Positions 17,102 through 25,143 of a stretch of 64,000 nt of DNA are shown piece by piece; position 1 is the first letter of the stretch, and each line of letters opens with the position of its first letter. A program made the translations under genes and the position numbers. The stretch is from an uncultured bacterium (lineage in GTDB: Bacteria; Patescibacteriota; Minisyncoccia; Phycocordibacterales; Phycocordibacteraceae), in assembly GCA_963759775.1 (NCBI GenBank), contig CAVXAH010000001.1, forward strand, positions 144,682-208,681. The letters are read 5' to 3'. The notes beneath the pieces were generated by a model. That model made no database searches. It was not told where the DNA came from and worked only from the letters and a program-made list of their open reading frames with translations.

Positions 17102-18799
17102 ATGTCTGATGCGGATTTGAAATCAAAGCTCGTGGGAGTGATGAAAGGAGGAGTGAGCGACACCGAAACTGATTTGAAGGCGGTTAGCCGCGACACTTCT
17201 ATTTTTGAAAGAGTTCCTTCGCTTGTGGTGTACCCAAAGAACAAAGAAGACGTGCAGGCGCTTGTGCGTGAAATTGGAGAATTAAGAGGTAAGAATAAAC
17301 AAGTAAGTATCACGGCCCGCGCAGCGGGCACCGATATGACCGGTGGGCCGCTCACGACAAGCGTTGTCGCTTCCTTTACGAAGTACATGAACCAAGTGAT
17401 TGAGGTAACGGCAATGCCCGAGCGCGCAAAGCTTGGGTGCGCCGGATACGCGGTCACGGAACCCGGGGTCTACTACCGCGATTTTGAAAAGGCAACCCTT
17501 CCCAAAGGCCTCATACTTCCCTCCTACCCCGCCTCACGTGAAATAGCTGCTATGGGCGGCATCGTGGCGAATAATTCCGGCGGTGAGCGCACACTTGAAT
17601 ACGGTCAGACCACGAAGTACGTGGAGGAGCTTGAGTGCGTACTTTCGGACGGCTCGCTTGTGAATTTCAAAGCACTCTCCCCTTCCGAGCTTGAAATGAA
17701 AAAGTCTAAGCAAGATATTGAGGGGGACATATACCGAAAGATGGATGCTCTTATCACCAAGAACGCTGAGCTTATCGCTGCCCACCAACCGAAAGTTTCA
17801 AAGAACTCAGCTGGCTATGCGCTTTGGAATGTGCGCGACCTTAAAAAAAATACCTTCAATCTCGCAAAGCTCATCTGCGGCTCGCAAGGTACGCTCGCCC
17901 TGTGGACAAAGGCAAAGCTTGCACTAGTTTCGCCAAAAGAGCATCGCGCCATGCTGGTGGTGTTTCTCTCCGATTTGAATATTCTTCCTGAAATCGTACA
18001 CCGCGTCCTTCGCTTTAACCCAGAATCCTTTGAGTCGTACGACGAACACACCTTCACGCTTGCCGTACGTTTTCTCCCTGAAATGCTCTCACAGATGGGG
18101 TTTGCGAAGGCGGCGCGCCTTGGTATTTCCTTCCTCCCCGAGGTGGCGATGATAGCTACGGGCGGCACTCCGAAGATGATCCTCATGGCGGAATTTGCGG
18201 AAGACACTATAGAGGAAGCCGACCTCAAGGCGACGGAGTGTCACGATGCACTTAAAGACCTACCCATTAAACTTAAAATAGAAAAAGATGAGAAGGAGTC
18301 GGAGAAATATTGGATTGTCAGACGCGAGAGCTTCAACTTGCTCCGCAAAAACCTCCATGGAAAGTACGCCTGCGCTTTTATTGACGACTGCGTCGTACCT
18401 CCAGAAAGCTACCCCACCTTCCTGCCAGAACTCGCGGCACTTCTTGAAAAATACAAAGACACTTTTATATATACAATCGCAGGACATATTGGAAACGGAA
18501 ATTTCCACATCATTCCGCTTATGGACTTGGAAGACCCAGTCGCAAGAAAGACCATACTTGAACTCACCCCGCAGGTATACGCCCTCGCGATGAAATACGG
18601 CGGAACCACAACTGGTGAACACAACGACGGCATTATCCGCACACCGTATCTCCCTCTCCTCTTTGGACCAGAAATGACCAAGCTGTTTGAAGAAACGAAA
18701 CGTATTTTTGATCCACAAAATATTTTCAACCCCGGAAAGAAGGTTGGTGGTACTTTCGCCGACATTGAGCGCGACATGATTAAGACCGCTAAGGAGTGA
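17102..18799 (+). CDS. FAD-linked oxidase (GlcD / D-lactate dehydrogenase family)
   Basis: It has an FAD_binding_4 region (ITARAAGTDMTGGPL) and the C-terminal motif GGTTTGEHNDGIIRTPY...IFDPQNIFNPGKK. Confidence 0.8.
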   Translation: MSDADLKSKLVGVMKGGVSDTETDLKAVSRDTSIFERVPSLVVYPKNKEDVQALVREIGELRGKNKQVSITARAAGTDMTGGPLTTSVVASFTKYMNQVIEVTAMPERAKLGCAGYAVTEPGVYYRDFEKATLPKGLILPSYPASREIAAMGGIVANNSGGERTLEYGQTTKYVEELECVLSDGSLVNFKALSPSELEMKKSKQDIEGDIYRKMDALITKNAELIAAHQPKVSKNSAGYALWNVRDLKKNTFNLAKLICGSQGTLALWTKAKLALVSPKEHRAMLVVFLSDLNILPEIVHRVLRFNPESFESYDEHTFTLAVRFLPEMLSQMGFAKAARLGISFLPEVAMIATGGTPKMILMAEFAEDTIEEADLKATECHDALKDLPIKLKIEKDEKESEKYWIVRRESFNLLRKNLHGKYACAFIDDCVVPPESYPTFLPELAALLEKYKDTFIYTIAGHIGNGNFHIIPLMDLEDPVARKTILELTPQVYALAMKYGGTTTGEHNDGIIRTPYLPLLFGPEMTKLFEETKRIFDPQNIFNPGKKVGGTFADIERDMIKTAKE

Positions 18800-18839
18800 A
18801 CTGAGGGTTATTGACATCTCATGAAGATTGCCTGACACT

Positions 18840-19085
18840 AGTGGGTGGAGCAATCTCGCTTCGCACATTAGGAGGAGGAAGAACGCCGTGAACAATGCCA
18901 CGCAGATAGGGGGTTCGCCGAAAATGCGAATTCCCCTTGATATGGTCCAGGAAACTGACCAGCCCGAGCTAACAACAAAGGGGGGAGCGCCGGCACTACC
19001 AGTATGGGTCTTTCAATCAAAGTCAGAGCTTGATTTGTCCTACACAGAGGATCCAGACACGGCGTAACAGCCTACCTCGAATCCG
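18840..19085 (+). ncRNA. candidate structured ncRNA with RNase P RNA-like motifs (unverified)
   Basis: There is no convincing ORF in this stretch. GAGGAAG-AACGCCGUG (18875-18890) pairs over 8 bp with CACGGCGU (19058-19065), which is embedded in CCAGACACGGCGUAACAG. This resembles CR-I/P4 and CR-V (ACAGAAnCCGGCUUA). An AUAGGGG follows as in bacterial P RNA, and the unit ends at a strong terminator. Confidence 0.3.
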
Positions 19086-19121
19086 ACGCCCCCAACCTTT
19101 TTGGTGGGGGCGTTATTTTTT
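19086..19121 (+). terminator. rho-independent terminator
   Basis: The stem is acgcccccaacc-ttttt-ggtgggggcgt, followed by tatttttt. Confidence 0.8.
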
Positions 19122-19171
19122 GACCGCAGGGTCCTTTGCGGCTACGCGGTTTTTTTGCTACTCTTTGCTTT

Positions 19172-19264
19172 ATGAAACGCTTTTTCGCTATCGTGATCGT
19201 GGTACTCCTTGCGCTTGGAATGGTTGCAACGCTCCTCCCTATTGCTGGAGTGGGTGGATACTAA
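19172..19264 (+). CDS. possible 30 aa hydrophobic micro-protein
   Basis: The ATG at 19172 gives MKRFFAIVIVVLLALGMVATLLPIAGVGGY followed by a stop. This is a single TM helix, below the ORF-track size cutoff. Confidence 0.3.
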   Translation: MKRFFAIVIVVLLALGMVATLLPIAGVGGY

Positions 19265-19280
19265 GTCTGGGTTTTCCCCA

Positions 19281-19388
19281 CCCCTTACCACTTTTGAGGG
19301 ATACACGGTTCTTTTTGAAAGAAAATAACGAGGTTACCTCGCGACCGATAACGATTTTGTATCCCACGCCCTCAAAAGTGGTAAGGGG
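19281..19388 (+). promoter_or_regulatory. long inverted repeat (20 bp perfect arms) in the region upstream of the RRM protein gene
   Basis: The arm ccccttaccacttttgaggg (19281-19300) pairs with ccctcaaaagtggtaagggg (19369-19388). The pairing is extended by atac/gtat. Confidence 0.45.
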
Positions 19389-19507
19389 TTGCGCTTTGGG
19401 CTACTTCTGTCATACTGCGTGGTACTCGCTGAGTATTTGAGCTGAAGGTCCCATAAGGTCCGTAAGTGTTCGGTTTTTGCGAGGTTAATCAATCAACAAT
19501 CCAATAC

Positions 19508-19870
19508 ATGGATAAGCAATCAGTTCAGGGAAACAAACTCTACGTGGGTGGCATTCCCTACCGCTCGACGGAAGACGATATGAAGAAGGCCTTTTCGGAG
19601 GCTGGAAACGTCGTTTCCGCGAGCATTATTAGCGATCGTATGACTGGCCGCTCACGCGGTTTCGGTTTCGTCGAAATGGCTTCCGAAGCGGAAGCACAAG
19701 CGGCGATCGATCGTTGGGATGGTAAGGAGATGGATGGCCGAACGCTTTCCGTTTCTTTCGCTCGCCCGCAGGGTGATCGTCCTCCTCGCCGCGAAGGCGG
19801 TTTCGGTGGAGGTGATCGTGGTGGTTTCGGCGGCGGTGGCGGCTACGGCGGCAATCGCGGCGGATATTAA
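19508..19870 (+). CDS. RRM-type RNA-binding protein with Gly/Arg-rich tail
   Basis: It has RNP-2 KLYVGGI, RNP-1 RGFGFVEM and the C-terminal GGFGGGDRGGFGGGGGYGGNRGGY. Confidence 0.9.
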   Translation: MDKQSVQGNKLYVGGIPYRSTEDDMKKAFSEAGNVVSASIISDRMTGRSRGFGFVEMASEAEAQAAIDRWDGKEMDGRTLSVSFARPQGDRPPRREGGFGGGDRGGFGGGGGYGGNRGGY

Positions 19871-19910
19871 TTCCCTCTCGCCCGCCACACTGCAGAAGTG
19901 TGACGGGTCT

Positions 19911-19951
19911 CGCAAACAAAACACCCGCGGCTTTGCCGCGGGTGTTTTGTT
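19911..19951. terminator. bidirectional rho-independent terminator
   Basis: The sequence is aaaacacccgcgg-cttt-gccgcgggtgtttt, flanked by an A-run and a T-run, between convergent genes. Confidence 0.8.
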
Positions 19952-19966
19952 TTTGCTTCCCAGTGT

Positions 19967-20446
19967 CTAGCCGCACTTCATGAAATCTTTGTCGTGTTCG
20001 TCGCGCGGGAGAGCGATTGCATGCGCTTCCCTCTTTTTTGCTTCAGCGCTCCAGCCAATCAGGTTTGCAAGAAGTTGGAGGAAAGACGCCACTGCCCCGA
20101 GCGCGAGAATAAGAATCCCGTACCAGGCAAATGGTGTGAGGAAGTAGAAGAAAACCACGACGAGTGAGAACCACAACCCAGTGCACCACGGGCAGTTGAT
20201 GAGGGTCCCAAGCGAGCCACGAAAACTCTCGGGGTCGGCCCCTACAAACCATTCGCGAAGAAAGGCGGTTATAGCGTCGTACGTAAAAAGACGAATGAGG
20301 CGGAAAATCGCGAGCGAAATCAGAACAAAATCTCCGAGCGGAATCCATGCTGTAAGGCGGTTGTGTCCCGCGAGCCACGAGAAAGCGACGAGCGCGAGCG
20401 CGACAAAGAAAAACAAAAGGAACGTATGCCAGAAATGGAGCTTCAT
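19967..20446 (-). CDS. DUF1360-like membrane protein
   Basis: The sequence from MKLHFWHTFLLFFF has the LIRLFTYDAITAFLREWF...CPWCTGLWFSL pattern typical of DUF1360. The ORF-track N-terminal extension to 20605 is unlikely to be translated. Confidence 0.6.
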   Translation of the reverse strand: MKLHFWHTFLLFFFVALALVAFSWLAGHNRLTAWIPLGDFVLISLAIFRLIRLFTYDAITAFLREWFVGADPESFRGSLGTLINCPWCTGLWFSLVVVFFYFLTPFAWYGILILALGAVASFLQLLANLIGWSAEAKKREAHAIALPRDEHDKDFMKCG

Positions 20447-20507
20447 GCGGAAAATACTAACACAAAAGAAAACGGCCCGCGCAAGCGCGAGCCGATTTGA
20501 AACATTC

Positions 20508-20798
20508 TTATTTCGGCATCCTTGGCTGGTCACCAAGAGCATAACCTTCATCAACAGATTCGAAGAGCGATCGAAACCGATTGATGATCTTCGACACGAG
20601 GTCAATGAACGGCTTCAGGACTTCGGCAGCCCATTTGACAATTCCAATGATCAGCCGCCCTAAAGCATACTGACCGAGGAATTTTTCGATTGGTTCTCGG
20701 TACATGTAGATCAAGATTCCGATTCCGCCCGGAACAAGCGCTCCATAAAAAACGATGTTGAACACCACAACGAGTGCAGCCGAAATACTTGTTAGCAC
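20508..20798 (-). CDS. hypothetical small membrane protein (96 aa)
   Basis: It has one N-terminal hydrophobic hairpin (ISAALVVVFNIVFYGALVPGGIGILIY) and no recognisable domain. Confidence 0.4.
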   Translation of the reverse strand: MLTSISAALVVVFNIVFYGALVPGGIGILIYMYREPIEKFLGQYALGRLIIGIVKWAAEVLKPFIDLVSKIINRFRSLFESVDEGYALGDQPRMPK

Positions 20799-20877
20799 AT
20801 TCTCCCCCTATCAAGTTGGAACAAAAAATGAGAGCCGTCTGGCTCTCCCAGTCTTTATCCTAGCATATGCACACACA

Positions 20878-20912
20878 TTGTCAAGTCCTTCTGAATGTGG
20901 TCAAATAGCGCC
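20878..20912 (+). promoter_or_regulatory. promoter of prmC giving an essentially leaderless mRNA
   Basis: The order is TTGTCA (20878-20883), a 17 nt spacer, TCAAAT (20901-20906), 6 nt, then the ATG at 20913. The same palindromic -35 region reads TTGACA on the opposite strand. Confidence 0.45.
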
Positions 20913-21692
20913 ATGACGAAAGACGAGCGGTGGCTCCTTGATGAGAAATACAAAGGTGTCGCAACGCCGGAGTTTGAGAAAGATAAAGCCCGCCTCGAAA
21001 GAGGCGAGCCGGTGGCGTACGTGATTGGTCTTACTCCATTCTTGGGACTCAATATCTATCTGGATTCGCGCCCATTAATCCCCCGCCCCGAAACTGAGTG
21101 GTGGGCTGAGGAGTTACTTCGTGTCATGAGAAAATGTCTGGTTGAGTCGAGCATGCGACGACCCGAGGACTTTTCGAAGGGCACGAAGCAGCTCCGATTC
21201 ATCGACCTGTGTTCTGGCTCTGGAGCAATCGGGTGTGCGGTGCTCAAACACATGCCAAACGCCGAGGTGTATTTTGGCGAAATTGACTCTGCACACGAAG
21301 CGACGATACGAAAAAATATTTCAAAAAACGATTTGGATGCAGGTCGGGCGCATATCGGCATTGGCAACCTTTTTGAGCCGTTTGGCGGAGAGATGTTTGA
21401 TTTCATTGCCTCAAACCCGCCCTACATCCCAAGCGGGCGCACTCTCCCCGAAAGTGTGGAAAAGTGGGAGCCTACCCTGGCGCTTCGCGCTGGCGAGGAT
21501 GGGCTCTCGGTCATTCGCAAAATTGCTGAGGAGTTGCCGCGCCGCTTGCGAGAGGGCGGACAGGCATGGATTGAGTGCGATAGTGCTCATGCGGAAGCTG
21601 CGTGCGCACTGTTCAACACGAAAATTCTCAAGGCTCGGGTTATAAACGACCTGTACGGAAACCCTCGTGTTGTTGTTGTATCATATCCGTAA
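20913..21692 (+). CDS. prmC: release-factor glutamine N5-methyltransferase (PrmC/HemK)
   Basis: It has the SAM-binding motif DLCSGSGAIG and the catalytic NPPY motif (IASNPPYIP). Confidence 0.85.
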   Translation: MTKDERWLLDEKYKGVATPEFEKDKARLERGEPVAYVIGLTPFLGLNIYLDSRPLIPRPETEWWAEELLRVMRKCLVESSMRRPEDFSKGTKQLRFIDLCSGSGAIGCAVLKHMPNAEVYFGEIDSAHEATIRKNISKNDLDAGRAHIGIGNLFEPFGGEMFDFIASNPPYIPSGRTLPESVEKWEPTLALRAGEDGLSVIRKIAEELPRRLREGGQAWIECDSAHAEAACALFNTKILKARVINDLYGNPRVVVVSYP

Positions 21693-21952
21693 TGCCTAGC
21701 GCGCCTCTCCAAGCATTTAAGCCGCCCTCTGGTTTCTTTGAATTCGCCGACCTCGGTATTTCAGAAGGGTCTATCGTGAAATGGGTTCTTCTTGCCGCTT
21801 TCGCCCTTTGGGCGGTATACACGCTCGTCGTCATGTACCACTGGATCAAATATTCCCATGCCTCGTCGGTCGCCTTCCCTGCGATTGGTGTGCATCTCGC
21901 GGTCTCACTCGCGATTATGGCGTATGCTCTCACGGGCACTCTCCCCGTATGA
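21692..21952 (+). CDS. hypothetical two-TM membrane protein (86 aa)
   Basis: MPSAPLQAFKPP... has two hydrophobic helices. Its start overlaps the prmC stop (TAATG) and its stop overlaps the next start (ATGA). Confidence 0.45.
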   Translation: MPSAPLQAFKPPSGFFEFADLGISEGSIVKWVLLAAFALWAVYTLVVMYHWIKYSHASSVAFPAIGVHLAVSLAIMAYALTGTLPV

Positions 21953-22482
21953 AAGAATTTGAACTTGAGGCCGATGAGCACGTTGTACTTAAAGCGCGAA
22001 AGCACTGGCTCCTTTTTTTGATTCAACTTCTTCCTTATGTTGTTCTCGCCCTCATGCCGTTTCTAATCCGCCCCCTTTTGAACCTCGCTCCGGAGCTTGC
22101 TCGGTATGCATCGTTTTTTGATTATTCATCGGCGCTTGGACGAGCCGGACTCGGCGTGTGGCTTCTTCTCGTGTGGACTGGCGGGTGGGGTTCTTTCACC
22201 CGCTACTTCCTCAACCTCTGGGTGCTCACGAACGAGCGCCTCGTAGAGATTGAGCAGAAGGGGTACTTCAGACGCGAAGTCTCAAGTCTTCTTCTCACTC
22301 GTGTGCAAGACGTGACCACGAAAATATCAGGCGTACTTCCGTCGCTTCTTGATATTGGGGACATTAGCGTGCAAAGCGCGGGAGCCGTCAACGAATTCAA
22401 TATGCGAGGCATTGCGCGCCCTCAGCAAATGCGCGACCTCATTCTCAAATACGTTCCCGAAGAAGAGCCGAAGACGCTTTAA
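21949..22482 (+). CDS. bacterial PH-domain (YdbS/YdbT-like, DUF304) membrane protein
   Basis: MKEFELEADEHVVLKARKHWLLFL is followed by two TM helices and then LTNERLVEIEQKGYFRREVSSLLLTRVQDV, typical of bPH_2 proteins. Confidence 0.6.
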   Translation: MKEFELEADEHVVLKARKHWLLFLIQLLPYVVLALMPFLIRPLLNLAPELARYASFFDYSSALGRAGLGVWLLLVWTGGWGSFTRYFLNLWVLTNERLVEIEQKGYFRREVSSLLLTRVQDVTTKISGVLPSLLDIGDISVQSAGAVNEFNMRGIARPQQMRDLILKYVPEEEPKTL

Positions 22483-22515
22483 TAACTCTCTCCTGCCGTG
22501 TTAAAATCCTTCTCA

Positions 22516-23751
22516 ATGTCTGGGAAGCTTACAACCGAGTCCTATAAAGGCGTTCGCGACTTCTACCCTGAGGATCAAGCGTTCCTCAACTATTTCCGCG
22601 AGACATGCCGAAAGATGGTAGAAAAAGTGGGTTACGAGGAATACGGCGCATCCATTCTTGAACCAGCTGAACTCTACAAAGCCAAGGGTGCGGAGAATGA
22701 GGAAATCATAAAAGAGCAGACGTATACCTTCACCGACCGCGGAGAACGCGAGGTGACGCTTCGCCCCGAGATGACCCCGACCGTAGCGCGCATGGTCGCT
22801 GCAAAGCGCCGCGAGTTTGGCTTCCCACTTCGCCTCTACTCCATCCCAAACCTCTTTCGCTATGAGCGCCCCCAACGCGGGCGCCTTCGCGAACACTGGC
22901 AGTTAAACGTAGATCTTTTCGGGTCTCACTCCCCTGCCGCTGATGCCGAAGTGATTGCGGTTGCCTACGGCGTGATGAAGGCGTTCGGCGCAAAAGACGA
23001 AGATTTTGTCATTAAAGTAAACAGCCGCGCCCACATTGACTCACTCGCGGAGGGTCTCGGACTTTCAAAGGAACAACACAAAACATTCCTCCGTCTCCTT
23101 GATGCAAAAGCAAAAATGACCGAGGAGGAGTTCGCGCGCAAGCTTGCTGAAATTGGCGTTTCCGACCATGTACTCTCTAAAGCTCCTCCCGCCGAGCTTG
23201 CGCAAATGATTGCCGAGTTTGAAGCGGCGGGCATAAAAAATATTGTGTACGCGCCCGAAATCGTCCGCGGCTTTGACTACTACACCGGTACGGTATTTGA
23301 AATCTTTGATACCGACCCAAAAAATAATCGCGCGCTCTTTGGCGGCGGCCGCTATGACAACCTCACTGCCCTTTTTGACAGCGAGCCTCTCCCGGGAGTG
23401 GGCTTTGGCATGGGTGATGTTACGCTCCGCGATTTCCTTGAAACGCACAGCCTCATGCCTACCTACAAGCCAGCCACGCAGGTGTACCTCGCGCTTACGG
23501 ACACTGCTCTCGCTTTCATGGCGCAAACGATTGCCGGGACACTCCGCAAGGACAGCGTTTCTGTAGCCGTAGATTTTGGTGAGAGGAAGCTTGGCGACCA
23601 GATTAAGACAGCGGCGAAGCATAAAATCCCCTATCTCGTGGTCGTGGGCGAAAACGAAATCGCTTCGCAAATCTTCACCCTCCGAAATCTTGAGACCGGT
23701 GAGGAAAAGAAGCTTCCTCTCACGGAGATCGCCAAAGCAGCCCGTTCCTAA
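22516..23751 (+). CDS. hisS: histidine--tRNA ligase
   Basis: It has the class II motifs KGVRDFYPED, LRPEMTPTVARM, FRYERPQRGRLREHWQ and GGGRYDN, plus a C-terminal anticodon-binding domain. A GTG at 22498 is an alternative start. Confidence 0.9.
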   Translation: MSGKLTTESYKGVRDFYPEDQAFLNYFRETCRKMVEKVGYEEYGASILEPAELYKAKGAENEEIIKEQTYTFTDRGEREVTLRPEMTPTVARMVAAKRREFGFPLRLYSIPNLFRYERPQRGRLREHWQLNVDLFGSHSPAADAEVIAVAYGVMKAFGAKDEDFVIKVNSRAHIDSLAEGLGLSKEQHKTFLRLLDAKAKMTEEEFARKLAEIGVSDHVLSKAPPAELAQMIAEFEAAGIKNIVYAPEIVRGFDYYTGTVFEIFDTDPKNNRALFGGGRYDNLTALFDSEPLPGVGFGMGDVTLRDFLETHSLMPTYKPATQVYLALTDTALAFMAQTIAGTLRKDSVSVAVDFGERKLGDQIKTAAKHKIPYLVVVGENEIASQIFTLRNLETGEEKKLPLTEIAKAARS

Positions 23752-23753
23752 TC

Positions 23754-24332
23754 ATGCGTTTCGTCGTTTTTGACATTGAAACGAGAACCACGTCGCTTAA
23801 CCGCGGCCGCGTTGACCCGGCAGAACAGGAACTCACCGTCGTCGGCATTTATGATTCACAAACCGATTCTTACTCCTCGTACTTTAAAGAAGATTTGCCG
23901 AAGCTCTGGCCTATTCTTGAACACACCGACCTTTTGATTGGATTCAATTCCGACACATTTGATATCCCTATCTTGAACCGCTATTACCCGGGCGACCTCT
24001 CAAAAATCCGCTCTCTGGACCTGCTCGCGGAGGTATATAAAACTCTTGGCCGTCGCATCCGCCTTGATACGCTCGCGCAGGCAACTCTTGGTCGCGGCAA
24101 ATCTGGCGACGGTCTTAAGGCAATGGAGTGGTGGGAGGAGGGAAAGTTTGATCTCGTCCGGAAGTATTGCATTGATGACGTTCGACTCACCAAAGAGCTC
24201 TATGACTACGCTCTCAAAAATAGCACCCTCAAATACAAAGATCTTCGTGAAATTCGTGATATTAAACTCGACACTTCGCACTGGAATAATCCTTCTGCAT
24301 CCCCCGCAATGACGCACGCTCTTCCGTTATAA
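23754..24332 (+). CDS. DEDD-type 3'-5' exonuclease (RNase H-like fold)
   Basis: It has VVFDIETR (Exo I), GFNSDTFDIPIL (Exo II) and YCIDDVRLTKELY (Exo III). Confidence 0.65.
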   Translation: MRFVVFDIETRTTSLNRGRVDPAEQELTVVGIYDSQTDSYSSYFKEDLPKLWPILEHTDLLIGFNSDTFDIPILNRYYPGDLSKIRSLDLLAEVYKTLGRRIRLDTLAQATLGRGKSGDGLKAMEWWEEGKFDLVRKYCIDDVRLTKELYDYALKNSTLKYKDLREIRDIKLDTSHWNNPSASPAMTHALPL

Positions 24333-24348
24333 TTTGCGCTATGAATCC

Positions 24349-24464
24349 CGTTAGAGGTCAAAGCTGCGACTCAGGTGATGGTACTCTATATAAAATGGTT
24401 AGGTCGAATATATTATGTTCGCTGATAATCGTACGAACATTGTCACCAATGTTCTACCTCTAAC
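24349..24464 (+). promoter_or_regulatory. 12 bp perfect inverted repeat framing the dsbA upstream region
   Basis: The arm cccgttagaggt (24349-24360) pairs with acctctaacggg (24453-24464). There is an inner hairpin atgttcg...cgaacat, and the ATG lies at 24468. Confidence 0.3.
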
Positions 24465-24467
24465 GGG

Positions 24468-25136
24468 ATGAAAACCTCAACCACCATACCAATTGCTATT
24501 CTCATAGGCGGACTCATTGTTGCGGCGGCGGTGTATGTGACTGTTAAAAGCACGCAGCCACCCACTTCTTCCAGCACCGGAAATCCGGCGCTTGTGCGAC
24601 CGGTTGGCGCTGATGATCATATCCTAGGCAACCCGCTTGCGCCGGTAAAAATTATTGAATACTCCGACTTTGACTGCGCTTTTTGCAAAGACTACGACGC
24701 GACACTTCGCCAAATCATCGCTGACCTCGGGGCTTCCGGAAAAGTAGCGTGGGTGTACCGCCAGTTCCCTATCCCGAGCCACCCGAACGCAATGAAGCAC
24801 GCACAAGCAGCCGAGTGCATTGCAAAAGTCGCAGGCAACGATGCGTTTTGGAAATTTGCCGGTTCCCTCTTTGAAAACCAGCCTACCGACCCCTCACGCT
24901 ACGGAGCGCTTGCAAAGGCGACAGGAGCAGATACGAATGCCTTCGCAACGTGCTACCAAAATGCCGCGACTACTGTTGATGCGCGAATCCTTGCTGATAT
25001 AGAGAATGGCAAGGCTGCCGGCGCTAGCGGCACGCCCTACACCATCATCATTGCCCCTGGCAAAAGTCCTTTTGTAATCCCCGGAGCGTATCCGTACGCA
25101 GACGTGCGAGACGCGGTAGAAAGCCTACTCAAATAA
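24468..25136 (+). CDS. DsbA-family thiol:disulfide oxidoreductase, membrane anchored
   Basis: It has an N-terminal TM and the thioredoxin-fold active site CAFC (SDFDCAFCKDY). Confidence 0.8.
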   Translation: MKTSTTIPIAILIGGLIVAAAVYVTVKSTQPPTSSSTGNPALVRPVGADDHILGNPLAPVKIIEYSDFDCAFCKDYDATLRQIIADLGASGKVAWVYRQFPIPSHPNAMKHAQAAECIAKVAGNDAFWKFAGSLFENQPTDPSRYGALAKATGADTNAFATCYQNAATTVDARILADIENGKAAGASGTPYTIIIAPGKSPFVIPGAYPYADVRDAVESLLK

Positions 25137-25143
25137 GAGTCGG

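Noticed and set aside
18840-19121. A tmRNA (ssrA) hypothesis, based on a tag-like frame GCU AAC AAC AAA ... GCU UGA (ANNKGGSAGTTSMGLSIKVRA) and a GGGGGUUCG...GAAUUCCCC hairpin resembling a T-arm.
   Set aside because: The T-loop-like hairpin carries about 10 extra nt. No acceptor stem or CCA-adjacent pairing could be built. The tag does not end in the usual hydrophobic Ala-rich motif. RNase P-like motifs fit better, but that too is unproven.
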